A stretch of 64,000 bases of DNA from Macrostomum lignano (Eukaryota), in the NCBI GenBank assembly GCA_002269645.1, contig NIVC01003789.1:72070-136069 (forward strand), given 5' to 3'. Under the pieces are notes generated by a model. That model made no database searches and had not been told where the DNA came from. It worked only from the letters and a program-made list of their open reading frames with translations. Both the position numbers and the translations under genes were made by a program. Positions 1 through 13,000 of the stretch are shown piece after piece (the first letter of the stretch is position 1; each line of letters opens with the position of its first letter).

Positions 1-152
1 GTCTAGCTTTTCCGACCTGTTTACTATAATAAACTTGTAAAAGCACTTTGAAAAACCTGACTAAAAATAGAATGGAAACACAATTAATAATTAATGACAA
101 TTGAAGGCAATTTACATAAGATGCTCACATTACAGTCACCATCTGCGACACA

Positions 153-530
153 ATGGCTCCGCTGACTCTCCAGTCAGACCACCGACTTCTGCTCGGCGAC
201 TTGCGGCTCCGCGACCAGCTCTACCGACCGCCAAAGCAGCGACCACGGCGCTACTATCACGCTCTGTTGGACACCCGCGTCAAGCGTCAATTCGCGGGCG
301 CCTTCGTAGGCGCGCTTGGAGACCAGCGCGAGGCGGAATATTCCGACATCAGCACCGTCGTTGGAGCCGCTGTGGAGCAAACGGTTCCGCTGATGCGGCC
401 AGCGAAAAAATTGCTGCCTGTCTGGCAGAGCGACCCGACCATCAAGCAAGCGCAGGCTCAACATCGAGCGACTCCGCAGAAACCGGTGGCCCACAGGCGA
501 CGCTGAAGACGCGTCTGAGCGCCTTCTAGA
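153..530 (+). mobile_element. Degenerate non-LTR retrotransposon (LINE) fragment, end of AP endonuclease and linker
   Basis: SDHRLLLGDLRLR matches the terminal SDH motif of LINE AP endonucleases, followed by a basic linker; truncated. Confidence 0.5.
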
Positions 531-542
531 CGAGTGGCAGCA

Positions 543-626
543 GGCCGCTGTCAACGACGCCGTTAGGTCCATCACTGCAGCCGGCCGCTGTCAACGACGC
601 CGTTAGGTCCATCACTGCAGCCGGCC
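543..626. repeat. 40-bp tandem duplication
   Basis: ggccgctgtcaacgacgccgttaggtccatcactgcagcc occurs twice head-to-tail. Confidence 0.9.
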
Positions 627-2156
627 CAGACGTGATGAGCCGCGTAGTGGGGACGGCCGTCCGGACTCTGACGGGGCGCAAAAGGCGCGTGGCGCTGAAT
701 CTGACCGGTGACACCGGTGCACGCCTACGAATCTGCGGATGTCGCGGTCGGCCATCGTCGCACTAACACCGCGAATAGCGTCAGTTAACGGCCGGCCAGT
801 TAGCATTGAGAAGCGCCGTTAGACGGTATCGAATGGCATGCCGTCTTCGTCGCCTGCGTCTACAATTGTGGCTAGCGCCCAGACGACGGACTCGACACAC
901 GCCATCTGCAAGCGTATTAGAGGATGCGCGTTTTGTGAAATCAGTAACATTACAATGTCTATACAAGCAGTATGTTAATAAATGAAAGCTAATTACGCGT
1001 ACGCCGTGAATAATTTCATCGAATGTCTGTTGGAGCAACTGGACGGCGACAGGGTCTTCTGGGTTAACAGATGCGGCGGCCGCAGGAGCGCGATCCTGGC
1101 TGGAAGTTGTGTGCGCTGCTGCTGCGGCTGTGATTGTCTCGTCGTCAACGATGTCACCGTCGACGTACAGCAGCCCTGTGCTGTAGACGGCCATAAATTC
1201 TCATGTTTGAACAGCCAACGCTCTGGGCCGCTTCAAACAGTGATCGGCTCGGTATTGGTCAGCAGGTTTTGTTAAGCTCTGTCAGGCTCTTTCGGCTGTT
1301 TTGCTGTGCAAATGCCTGATGTGGTCGAGTTACACGGACCATCATTAGAAGATTCTAGTGCAGCTGCATGGCTAAGCTGTTTAAATTTTCATTGGTCAAC
1401 TGCGTTTTGCAGTAGATTGCAGACGCTGAAATTGCAGGATACATTTATCGTCGGATTGAACTCACTGTATTGTAAGTAATGTGATGCACATACAACTGAT
1501 AATAGTACGACTAAAGTAATAAAAAGACTATTTAAGTAAAACTGTAGCTAAAATATGCAGAATGTATGACTACATAGGTTATAAGGGCAGATGGCACCGT
1601 TGGCGACGGTTAAGTAGTTTAAAAATGCAAGCAATTTAAAGATTGATGTGTACTGTTGTAACATACAGTAATATTATTGTGCATTGTGTCTATGAAATTG
1701 CACTCAATGCGTATTATTCCTATGGCGAATACCTGCTGCTCCTTTTATGTTGCGTGTTTTGCTATTATGCTTTGTAAGCAGGAGTGGGTGCATAGGAGCT
1801 GAAGAGATACAAGACAGAACATGGCCCCTGTAGCATAAAGTGTATCTGTTGTGGATCCAATTTAAAAAAAATTGATATACGCGCCATGACCCTTTAATAT
1901 ACGCGCTAGTGTACCTACTACTGAGACTACCAATATTAAAACGATAAGAAATAAATGAAAGCTAAACGCAGCAGAAAAGGTAAATTTGTAACTTTACTTG
2001 CGCCAACTGCACAGGATTTTCACGATAATATGAAGGAGGGGAACAGCATTTACTTAAAAAAGATACCCTCCTCCTTTTTCAACCGGGCTTGGGACGGCTT
2101 TGGCTTTTACCCATCCACCTCGTATTCTGTATCAACTGTTCTAGACTTGATCGAAG

Positions 2157-2396
2157 CTTTATTACCCCTCGCATTAAAGATTGGCCCGCGTAGTCAAATA
2201 AAAGTGACTACTCTCATCATGGCGGGACTTTATTATTACCCCTCGGATTAAAGATTGGCCGCGTAGTCAAATAAAAGTGACTACTCTCATCATGGCGGGA
2301 CTTTATTATTACCCCTCGGACTAAAGTTTGACCCGCGTAGTCAAATAAAAGTGAATATTCTATCAAAGCGAGGCTTTATTACCCTGCGGATTAAGT
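2157..2396. repeat. ~72-bp tandem repeat, about 3.3 copies
   Basis: Unit ctttatt(att)acccctcggattaaagattggcc..cgtagtcaaataaaagtgactactctcatcatggcggga restarts at about 2157, 2228, 2301 and 2374. Confidence 0.9.
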
Positions 2397-4000
2397 ATTG
2401 CACATTCTTTTGAATTTTTGCCCCTCTTTTAACTTGGAAGTTCCATTCACTTTAGACAACCCATGAGCATGCCCAGACTTGCATGCCCAGACTGAAGACT
2501 AGATAGCGTCTGCCTTAATAGGATAATCTGTGTTTAACTCACTGGGCCTGCTGGAACATAATTGGAACTATGCTACAGATTTCGGCTAAGACACCCAGCT
2601 GTACAAACACAATATACATAGTTTCTGTCTTGGCCTAATGACCGACGGACGGGATGGGGAGCGGGTCCTCCCGCCGGAGACACCCAAGGTCCCAGCCCCA
2701 ACCCTGGCTATGCCTACGCGACCCTGACCGACCCGGCGAGATTTCGCCCTGGCCGATCACCCTGGGACTAGCGAGAGTTCGCCGACCTCAGGTTCCTACT
2801 CAATCCCACCGGCCCCTCGCGGCAACCCAGAAGAAAGAAGCGCGAGCTCACTCCTAGTCATCGATTTAACAGCTTGACGAAGCGTATATTTGGCCGACCA
2901 AACGCAGAGCAGCACAAACAGCAACGGACGCAGAACGCAGACAAACAGACAAACAGTGGGGCGCAGAACGCGGAAAACAGTGGAGCGCAGAACAGACAAG
3001 CAGTAGAGCGCAAATCGCAGACAAGCAGTGAAGTGCCGAATGGGCAGGGCGAGAACTTAAATAGAATACTGTACACCAGAGGGGGGTAGAAAGGAGAGGG
3101 GCAGGCCAAACCCTGGGGCTTAAGGCAGCTTATCAGCCCGCCAGTCAATGCGAGAGGCCCAGGGTGGGGCGGAGCAAAGAGGGAGGGGTAGGGCAAGCGC
3201 ACAGATTGGAAAGGGGACTGGGCGCAGAAAAGACTAGGCCATGGTAGAAGCTTACGCCTCATAAACCCCGGCAAGGGCGCGAGACGGTGGACGGGGCGGC
3301 GCAGCATGAAAACACGAAAACAAAAACAAGGGGCAACAGAAGGGCAGGGTAGACTGAAAGGGCGCTGCACAAGAATAGGATGCTTCAGAAGTAATTAGAA
3401 TAGTCTGAGTGCAACACATCCAAAAGGCATCCTCATTTGTTGTATGGTACAGTACACAGACTACATGCTAACGGGAGTCAAACCTTTGTACACAATAATG
3501 CAACTACCTTGCACTAAATGCAAATTAGTAGAGTATACAAAGGATGGTTGCGACCTCACATTACGAGCAATACAGTTTCAACAAGTCCTTTATTTAATGC
3601 AGAGGTTTAGCGCCACTGACTAGGTGGATTCCAGGGATAGCTTGCCGGGGTAGCTTGTTATGTCATTAAGTATGACAGCCTTCCATCGGAAGCACTTTAT
3701 TTTATCCCTAACTTTCGAATCTTGTCTTGTCATGATTCGGACCTTGTTATTTGGTAAAATTCGGATTGCTCACCAGATTAGAGTCAAACCAGATAACATT
3801 AAAATTACCTGGTAACGAATCTGGTGGTTTTACCAGTTTCGCACCCTAAACAAGCATTGGAAGTATAGTGAATCTGACAAGATTCGCAAATTATCTTGTG
3901 GTGTTATCTGGTTTATTTTCCAGAGGGAGTGAGCTAGCTACCGGTTAGGTACAACAGTAACAACAACCAAAAGCAACAACAACAACAAAAACAACAACAC

Positions 4001-4815
4001 TTGGCACCTCGTCTACGTCGCGGAGGGTAGCCGCTTCATCTGGGGGCGGTCAAAGAGCGCCAAAACTCGGACACAACGTCGAACGAGCGAGTTTTTTGTA
4101 TTTACACTCTAAAGAATCTCGCTCAAAGCGATCATCCACCAAGCCGCGGGAGCGCCCTGCTCATCAACGCAAGCGGAACTCTACGTGGTCAAGCTGGCCT
4201 AAATTGGCTCGAAGGGCGCACCAGCAAAGGAGAAAGCACCGTGATCATTAGCGACAGTCAGAGCACTCTACAGGCTATTAAGGGCTTGAGCAGAAACACC
4301 TTGGCCATTAGAGTCAGGAAAATGCTGAGGAAGCTGGAGGAGGAAGAGAAGGTGGTTAAGCTAATCTGGGTGCCGCGCATTGCGGCTTGACAGGAAACGA
4401 GTTGGCGGATGAAGCAGCGAAAGAGGCATCAACCTGGGCCCAGGAAGGCATCAAAGTGCCACCCAGCAGCAACAGGAAGTACAGCCAGAGCAAGCTGGGC
4501 AGAGATAACGGCAGAAGCCACAGGAGAAGCAGGGAAACCTATGGAGAGCAGGGGGCGGAGCCCCAGCCGAAGGGCCTGAGCAAGCAGGAAGCGTTTGACT
4601 TCAGACGATTCAGGAGTGGCCACTCTATGGACCTAGCAGAGTACAGGAAGCGCATAGGTAGACAAGAGGAGGGCTGGTGTACGAGCTGCGGCTTGGAGAC
4701 CGAGACGCTTGAGCATGTCATGGCGTGCCCCGTCACGCGCAGCCTTAGGGAGGAACTGGACCTGCATGAGATTCGAGTCTTGAGTAGGAGACCAGGGAAC
4801 GCGGTCGAATTCTAG
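4001..4815 (+). mobile_element. 3' fragment of an RNase H-bearing LINE (RNase H plus CCHC knuckle), frameshifted
   Basis: TVIISDSQSTLQAI ... LIWVP / HCGLTGNELADEAAK (RNase H), FRRFRSGHS, CTSCGLETETLEHVMAC; similar to the LINE at 42046-43810; preceded by a (CAA)n tract. Confidence 0.8.
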
Positions 4816-5751
4816 AGGAGGATCTGCAGCGTCAGAAACAGCACCTCAAAGATTGGGCACCACGCTTAAAAAGGCCCTTTTCCGAGCACAATCTCCCTGG
4901 CGTCGATACAGACGAAAACATCGCACCTGTATCCATCGACCTGAACTGTCCGTGACAATGTATCGGCTTCAAACTTGTCTTGACACTTTCTGAACAAGGA
5001 AGGGGACATCCGAATCGAGAAGACAATTGCAATTTTGCATGTTCGAATCATATTAAATTCAAGTGGAAGCAAAAATCATTTCGTAATACTCACATACCAG
5101 GTACTGATGTTGTAATACGATAACAACAGCTTAATTACTTCCAGCGCAGAACTATTAGCTTATTTTCCCGTAGTCTAACCAGGCTTGTATCGATAGAATC
5201 CAGGACAAGAATCTTTCGTCGCTTAGCACACACAACGATAAGATAAAAGTGCTCCTTGTGTAAAAAAGGATTTAATGTCTTATTCAAGCCCTGGGAAATA
5301 TACAGTGAACTAGAAAATTACGAGCTAAAAACAACTTTGCATTTGAGAAATGCTAGAGTTACTACGAATTTACTTTTACATACATGTTACAAGAAAAAGC
5401 AATTATTCGTACCTTATACACTAAAGTCCTTTTCGACAAAATTTTCCTCTTAAAAGTAATATTGTTATTATTGATATCCAAAATGCTGTGAAAGTCTCCC
5501 TTGCCAATGACAAATTCGTTGGTGCGCCTGAAGTAAGTGCTGTGCAGTAAGCCGGTAATATCTACACCTTTTTCCATTCTATTTTGGCAAACGTGCAATC
5601 AAAGTCAAAATCTTTTCATTCAATTCAGACAGTTTATGGTAGTTCTTGGCCGGACGTGCATTCAATTCCGACAAATGTGCTTTCAAAAGCGACAATTTTC
5701 AAACAAAGCAAACAAGCTACCACGAGAAACCGACACTTTGCAATCAATTCA

Positions 5752-6057
5752 AACAATTTGCAATCCATTCCGACAGTTGGCTATGAATTGGCTTTTTTCT
5801 GTCCTCCTATCTATGGCTCATACTAATACGCTCGTAATGCCGAATGCAAAAGTGAGTGACAACGATCGGCAGAGGCTCATCGACGCACACGCAAACGGAG
5901 ACGATTTTGGGCATCTTGCTCGAGTATGTACTCCAGTGGCTTGTCTAAATAGATTGAAATTTGTCGGAATTGATTGGAAATTTCGCAGTATGAGCCATAG
6001 ATAGGAGGACAGAAAAAGCCAATTCATAGCCACTGTCGGAATGGATTGCAAATTGTT
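5752..6057 (+). mobile_element. Inverted-repeat structure enclosing a Tc1/mariner-like transposase N-terminus (non-autonomous remnant)
   Basis: ~72-bp inverted arms at 5752-5824 and 5987-6057; between them MPNAKVSDNDRQRLIDAHANGDDFGHLARV (5837-5926) resembles a Tc1/IS630 first HTH helix. Confidence 0.5.
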
Positions 6058-6198
6058 CCCTTTTGTCTATGGTTTCCGGCATTCATACTTGCGGTAACAA
6101 TTTAATTGTTTGTCGGCTTTTTTCGATTGTTGCCGGATTTCAGACGAATGTATTTGGCTATCAAAACAAGGAACAACAATAGCAACACGGCGAAAGTG

Positions 6199-6441
6199 CT
6201 TTCGAAGGGATGAATAGAAAAGCCTCAGATAATCGTTCAAAAATCGATCCGGAACACGCTCAAACTCCTGGCAGAGCCCCTTCTCGTTGAGGAACTGTCG
6301 GAACCTTGCCACGTGAAGCTTCCGTTGCGTCTCGGTCGATTTCGGCACTGAGTCACTCTCAAGTCGGTCCAACATTTCCAGATCTTCGCTACCTAGCTCA
6401 GGCAGCCCGTTGGAACTGGACGACGCATCCAGGTTGTCCAT
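6199..6441 (-). pseudogene. Crypton/DUF3504-type tyrosine recombinase N-terminal fragment
   Basis: SVPKSTETQRKLHVARFRQFLNEKG...LNDYLRLFYSSLRK resembles the pre-catalytic region of Crypton-derived (KCTD1/ZMYM/QRICH1-like) proteins; similarity ends after SLRK. Confidence 0.55.
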
Positions 6442-7399
6442 CTCCAGAACGTAGCGCGTGCTCGACTCTCGGGTGACAAAAGCCAACTCGTCCGTGGAGA
6501 GTCCACATATTTCTCCGCCAGGAATGTTTGCGTAGCGAATCATAGCTACTTTTCCTATTTGCACTCCGAATAGGAGAATTAATTCAAGCTCAAAATCAAC
6601 TTGAGAATTAACTCATGGCAGCCAGGCTAGCTGTCTTCACTGTCCTTTAAATTTGCCATAAACGATTAATTATCTCTACAACCCTTTCATTTAGAGAGCA
6701 ACTAAATTTGCCATTGACGATTGATTATCTCTACAACCCTTTCAAAGCGCATTCCGGCAACAATCGCATTTCATACTCAGCATCCGCACTATGTCTGGGC
6801 CATAGACAAGGGAAGTCAAAAGGGTACAATAATGACATGTACCGATTTTTTTCGGCAGCAATTGCTCTACTAAGCTTCAGCCGCTACGCGGCTTCAGCTT
6901 ACGCAATTGCTGCCGAAAAAAAATCGGTATATATCGTTACATTGTTTGAATTGATCGCAAAGTGTCGGTTTTTCGTGGCAGCTTGTTTGCTTGGTTTGAA
7001 AATTTTCTAGTTTGAAAACTAGACGGAGTGGCCGAGGGCGGCTATAGGCTGCAGTTAGGCAGACGATGGAGCGGCGATGCGCTGAAGCGGCGAGGCGCTG
7101 GTGTCGTTCAGGCATTGCTGATGATGATTGGCGGTAACAGACCGCGGACCGGCAGACGAGCTCACTTGGGGAGCTGAGATAACTTGGCGGTAACAGACCG
7201 CAGACCGGCAGAGGTTCGTCTTATAGACGAATAGGTCAGAGCAACGTCTGACAGCAAGTCCACAATAGGACGCTTGAGAAGAAGCGCGAAAAGGTTTGAG
7301 GATTCTCATGCCGAAAACCGCTTCCTTATATAGTCTTCCCAGCCGCCGCTCCAAGGTCGTTTCCATGACTCCCTCTCTCTGATTGGCTGCCGGCAGAAT

Positions 7400-8090
7400 G
7401 ACGTCATAATGAGTCATGATGAGAAGCATGAGAACGGCATAGCAACATAAGAAATGGGAAAATTGCGCAATCCGGAGGTGGGGTGGGGGGTAATTGGCGC
7501 AGCGGGAGGTCGCGAAAGTGTTGCGCAAGCAAACATTGAGAACAATGGGGCTGGGGTCGAGGACAAAGGAAATAGAAAACGGGAATAATTGGGGAGAATC
7601 GAGAACAATAGAAAAGCAAACATTGGAGAAAATGTGATAATTGGGTACGAAAACGAGAACAAAAGAAAAAGAAAATCGGAGAAAATGTGATAATTGGGTG
7701 CGAATAGGAGAACAAAAGAATCGAAAACGAGAACAATAGAAGCGGAGGTGGGGTGGGTGTCGCATGAGAAATTTGGGGAGGAGAACAATAGCATGAGAAA
7801 AGGTTGCGCAAGAGAGGGGGATGAGTCATCGATGAGTCATCGAGGGGAAAGAGGGGTCACACGACTTGTGTCACCGTTTGAGAGTTTGAGAAGGGATGGG
7901 GGAACGGTGAGCGCACGAAGTACTGTAAGTAGACACTGAAAAAGGAGGAACAGCGCAGAAAAATAGTGCAAAAAGAGACCAAAAGATGGGGGACAGGAGA
8001 AGTACATAACGAATAGGGTAGAGCGCATAGGAGATAGGGTAGAGGGGGAGGTACAGAGAGGGACAGGGAGCTCCGGAAAGGCATGTGTGG
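7400..8090. repeat. Purine-rich block with internal subrepeats, possibly LTR-derived
   Basis: Recurrent gagaacaatag(aa), gagaaaatgtgataattgggt(a/g)cgaa and ggaggtggggtggg units; lies beside the gag remnant. Confidence 0.4.
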
Positions 8091-8229
8091 CGGCCAGGAA
8101 GACGGAACCGAGGCAGCAGGAGGTGCAGCAGAGCGGGAATCTGCAGGCCTGGTCAGAGACTGAGCAGTCGCTCAGTGACGTAGCTGTCGTTTAGGCCTTG
8201 CATGAACTGCTCGAGAACTATTTGCTCCA

Positions 8230-8770
8230 CAAAGACCTGGGCTCCCAGTTCCGGGTGCGCCCGAATCGTCAACCGTTGAAGCTCCATCGGGTACTTTTAA
8301 AAGCTCTCGTCAGATTTCCGATGTCGAGCACGGAACTCGCGATGAGGAAGGGCTGCAATCTTGGCACCACCGTGACGTGAGCGGTGGTGTTCTACCAGAT
8401 CCTCGTAGTCCACCCTAGGTAGCTGATCCAATGTTAACCCGGGTGGTAGACCGAAGTACGCGCACTGCATTGCCAGCCAGGTAGTGTACGTTGCGTATGC
8501 CGGACCTTCTCGATGTCCGGGAGGCCGGGGAATCGACCAATGTGAGCGCCGATCCTGACGAGGAAGTCGTCGAAGTCTTCACGGCCGTTGTATGGCGGAG
8601 GATTTGGCTCCGAGGGAAGAGCAAGCCGTTGATTAGCCACTGGCAGTGCTGCATAAGCCAGCAGGAGGTTAGGCGGGGCGTACTCCAGCTCCGGGACATG
8701 TCGAGCTGGACGGTGAACATCTGCATGGAACAGGTTTATTGAATACGACTGCGGCTGTGTCATCCGTGGA
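8230..8770 (-). mobile_element. Degenerate Ty3/Gypsy-like gag fragment
   Basis: PPPYNGREDFDDFLVRI...EKVR gag N-terminal pattern, continuing with frameshifts to VDYEDLV and RKSDESF. Confidence 0.5.
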
Positions 8771-9699
8771 TCTTCGTCTGTGATGAATGGGTTTGTCGAT
8801 CTGCTGGCTGCTGCAGACACAAACGGGTTGTACGAACTCGAACTGGACGCGATGCTTGGCTCCGCTGATGCAGCTGCATCTGCCGTGTTTGCTCGTCTGA
8901 CGAGTCGTTCTCGAAGCTCCAGGATGTCGTCGTCGTTCGGGACTCGTTCTACATAATGAAGCACTAGCGTGGTCGCCAAATATAAATGCCCACGTCTCAG
9001 TTTGAAATAATGAAGTCGTGCAGACACCAGGCAGTTACTTGTTGGCTGAACTCATTGGTCGAAAGGAGAGAAAACCCTTAAAGATTCTGGCTCAAACCAT
9101 TACTGTATTTATAGTGATTGGCGATGATTCCAGATTACGTGCGATAGCTTAAAAGCGTAATTCACGTGCAGGACTAAAACCGATTCGAGCATCTAAGCGA
9201 GTCGGGGAAACGAGGCCCGGAGGGAAATTTGAGGCCTGTGTGACTTTTAGTGTGAGCTTGTGTGAGCTTTTCTGTGTGAGCTTTTAAGCAGGGAAAAGAT
9301 CACACACAAAAGCTCCCACAAATGGTGAAAACGCTCGCACAATGCAACGATCTCTACAGATCTCGGAGATTTAGGTGTAAAATTTTCACCCCACCTACTG
9401 ACAGTAGGCTACTAAGTGGATGTAACGTCCCGTTTATATAGTTAGTAGCATATGCACCTGATTTTGACTTTATAGTTTTGCAATTGAATGTCCATGCAAT
9501 TGCACGCTATGGCGTAGTACTGCAATTGTGGTTACGATTAGAAGCCACAGCTTCCTCTAACGAAGAGAGAGACTAATATATATGTAGATACACAGCATTT
9601 CTATTCGACTGGAATACAGCAGTCAGATGCAGAAGGAAGCAGTGCGTTTTACAATGTAATTAAACAGAATGCAATGCGATCGAAGTTGCAAAAAGCGCG

Positions 9700-10008
9700 A
9701 AAGAAGGCAGCTGCAAAATGTACGGATAAAGGCTTTGCCAGCCAGTCGCCTCGCGTACTCGCAGCCTTGCCACACCGTGCACGCTGCAGCGTTGATCTTG
9801 TTGGCAGTCGTAATCCAATGCTGCGTGACATCTTGGGCTGTAATGCAGCAGCCCAGTGGCAAGACGCAGAGATGCCTGAGGCCAGACAGTATACGTACCT
9901 CTCACGACTCTTAATTGGAAACTTGTGGAAGCGAAGTCCTGGTACATTTCTATCCGCATATGATCTGCATCCGTACGATGCGCACTGCAGACGTGGCGCT
10001 GTCGGCAT
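9700..10008 (-). CDS. THAP zinc-finger-like domain (host gene or P/hAT-derived), context unresolved
   Basis: MPTAPRLQCASYGCRS...GLRFHKFP...CHWAAAL...SVHF fits the THAP C-x4-C, FHxFP, W and HF pattern. Confidence 0.5.
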
Positions 10009-13000
10009 GACGACCCGAGAAGACGAGAAGCTACCAGAAACAGTTGATTTATTGCAGCTGCAGTAGTGGAAATTAGATAAAACCAAGAAGCGTATGGAAC
10101 GCAACAGTATTGCGGAGGCAGCCGATGAGAAATAACAAATGGTTGAAGACAAGATCCATCCAAATAGTAATGAGTTGAAGGAATATATGAGAGTATAGGA
10201 ATGCAATGTTTAAGCCATTGACAAAATAGTGGTGATAATCGCGATAATCGGTGATCATCGCAGGAGTTGCATGTCATGAATACATTTTTGCCACGTTTTT
10301 TTATGCAGAGGGGTCGATTGAGCATTCTGGTGTATTCTGTAGTCTCAACCGCCTCAGCTGGAGGTTCCGTCGCAGCGGCCGCAGCAGTCGCTGCAGCCTC
10401 AGCCGGACGCTCCGTCGCAGCAGTCGGAGGAGTCGTCGCAGCCGGAACCGTAATATGTGCTGCATGTCCCGGCACATGTCGAGAACACGTGCCACGTTCT
10501 CAGCTCCTGTCTCCATGGACGCAAACTGCCTGCTGATCTGGGCATGAAACTCCGCTGCCTCCCGGTCCCGATCGGCGAGTTCCGCATGCAGCTATTGACA
10601 TCGCATGCATGGCATTGGGATATGGGCAGCGTCTTGGCAGTGCTCGTCTGAGCCGGTCGAGCAACCAGACTGCGAAACTTCTTAAAGCTGGTTGAGAGCG
10701 ACAGTGCTAGTGCCTTGTTGTCCACGGCGTCCGTTAAGACGGAGGCACGCTGCACACGGTTTCTTCTCACTGAAACGCCTGCCTCCCTGCCGTAACAGAG
10801 GTTACTCGGAAGAGACGCTTCGCTGTCTTCATTGAACACCGCCAGCTGTTGTCGACCAGCTACAGCAATCTCCTGCGGCGTTGTACTATTATCATACATT
10901 ACGACATACCAGGAGCCACAGTCTGCAACCAGATGACGGCAGATATGTAATAAAATGCACCTGTCGGAAAGCGTATGATATGTCGTCTGAGTAACATCTG
11001 GCATTTGATTACCGGCGTTCGCCATTGGCAGGGAATGCAGCGCGTGCGATCTGCAAAAGCATTAATGCAGTAAGTCTGTATAGCAGCCAGCCCACAGTGG
11101 CCACAGGTACATGTATTCACATTTTTAGTACGGACAAAGAAATTAGGCATTACTAAAGAATTGATTTCTGGCATAAGTTTTTTTTTCTAATTTACATAAT
11201 TTATGTTTTATTGAAGCTTTAATGAAGCTGAAATTCTTCATTTCCATTGGCTTCAATTTGAAATTGTACAGTTTTAGTTAGCTTTCTTGGGCATTTGGTA
11301 TACTTAATAGAAAAAGTATATTTATTAGAAAGTGAAATTCTAATAGCATTTTTCAAGCTAGTAGAAAGTGCGAGCATGGAACTAAATACACCATTTTACC
11401 CTCGATTTTGAACAAGAACTTCAAAACCGACAAACCCCTCTTCAATATTGACACTCTATGGTCGGGCACTCAAAATCTACAATCGATATTGACAGATGAA
11501 GCTTTAATTTTGACAAACTCTGGTTCAATTTTGACGATGCACTTTTAGTCATCTTCTGGGAGAATTGTGAATTCAGTAACAAAGTAATCCAATGAAAGCC
11601 TGAACAGGGCTGAATTTATCTGGGCAAAATCAGCTCATTCTGACTTTGCTTTTGGGATCTACAAGTATTGCTAAAATTGCATGACACGCGAAAAAAGAAC
11701 TATCCCCATTTTTTCGACACTATTTCGGCTAAAAATCATTAAAACATAAAACTAAAAGACCTATAGGCCATATGAAAAAAATGAGAAACTGCTCCAACTC
11801 AAGCATTTACTCGGGCCTGTATGAATAAACTGAGAAATTTTTCTCAAGAGAATTCGCTCAGATTTCAGAGCAAATACTCTGAGATTGAGCAATTACTCAG
11901 GTCAATAAGAATAAAACTACTACCATAGACTAAATTTCTGAGCAATTTAATGAGATTCCTCATTAAATTCATTCCTCATTCCTCATTCCTCATAAATTTG
12001 ATGAGGACGCACTTTTTTCCAAACCCCGCGCTAGCACATGGGCTCTAAACTTACTAGCCTACTAACAGTGGGCAATGGGCATTTTTATCCTTTTTCTGCG
12101 ATTTGTCGTATAATCTATAGTAGATATAATGTTTGGTCATACTAGTAGTCGTAATAACATAGGCGCAGCTTTTTGGGTCATAAATCATCGCTCTCGAAGC
12201 TGGTTTGACAGCCACCTGCGCCTCACTCAGTGTTGAGGCGGGCGCCACATGTTCTGAGGGGATGCGAATGATAGCTTTTTTCTCATCATTTTTGACAGGC
12301 CATCAGATTTATGAGGTCAGAGCCTATTGTTCGGGTTCACTCAAGCGTGTGACAGTTTTGACAGCTATGCGTTTTACCCCTAAAAGTACTTTGGGATTAG
12401 CGATTAGCGATTTCTCTTCATTATCTTCACTCTCTATTTAATAAGAGCTTTCTAATGAATATTTTTTCATTCATTTTTTTCAATTCTACGCGAAAAGTCA
12501 TAAATCATTTTGTTGCGATTTTGAGTGATTTATGGCCGCACCTGTCATGTTTTTTACGACCCTGTGGGAACTGATAGGATCTCCCGGTCACGTGATTTTG
12601 GGTGGCAACTAGCTCATCCAATCAGAAAATTCGACGCTCATTTTAACAAATCGGCTCAGCCAATCAGAATCGACGTGTTCCATTATAACAAACTGCGGTC
12701 CAGTTGGCGGCTATTTAAACCGGTGTTTTTGGCCCGCTCGGACTGCAACCTTCTTGCGACCGGGTGCTACCCTTGGCTCCACCGGCCAGGGACTGACCGT
12801 CGTTTCTTGATCCCCGGATTGCGACTTCCCCCGTCATCATCAAGGACGAATCCCCCCGGTCATCAGCAGTGAACATCAAAGTGAAGAGCATCACCTGCTA
12901 GCTATCAGCGAAGATTGTGACATCAGCATCATCCCGGGCCTACAGCTGCGAAGCACTAAGCCGATTCGGTCACTGTGGATTACCTGGTCTCCGGCTGTTG

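Noticed and set aside
781-1194. RFX/winged-helix-like ORF (VQLLQQTFDE..YRHC..VRRLG)
   Set aside because: The resemblance is too weak and no supporting exon structure was found.
2530-3561. Possible solo LTR
   Set aside because: The composition is LTR-like, but no TSD, partner LTR or PBS could be established.
4866-5072. Small-GTPase-like peptide (TLSRTVQVDGYRCDV)
   Set aside because: No P-loop or other G-box motifs are nearby.
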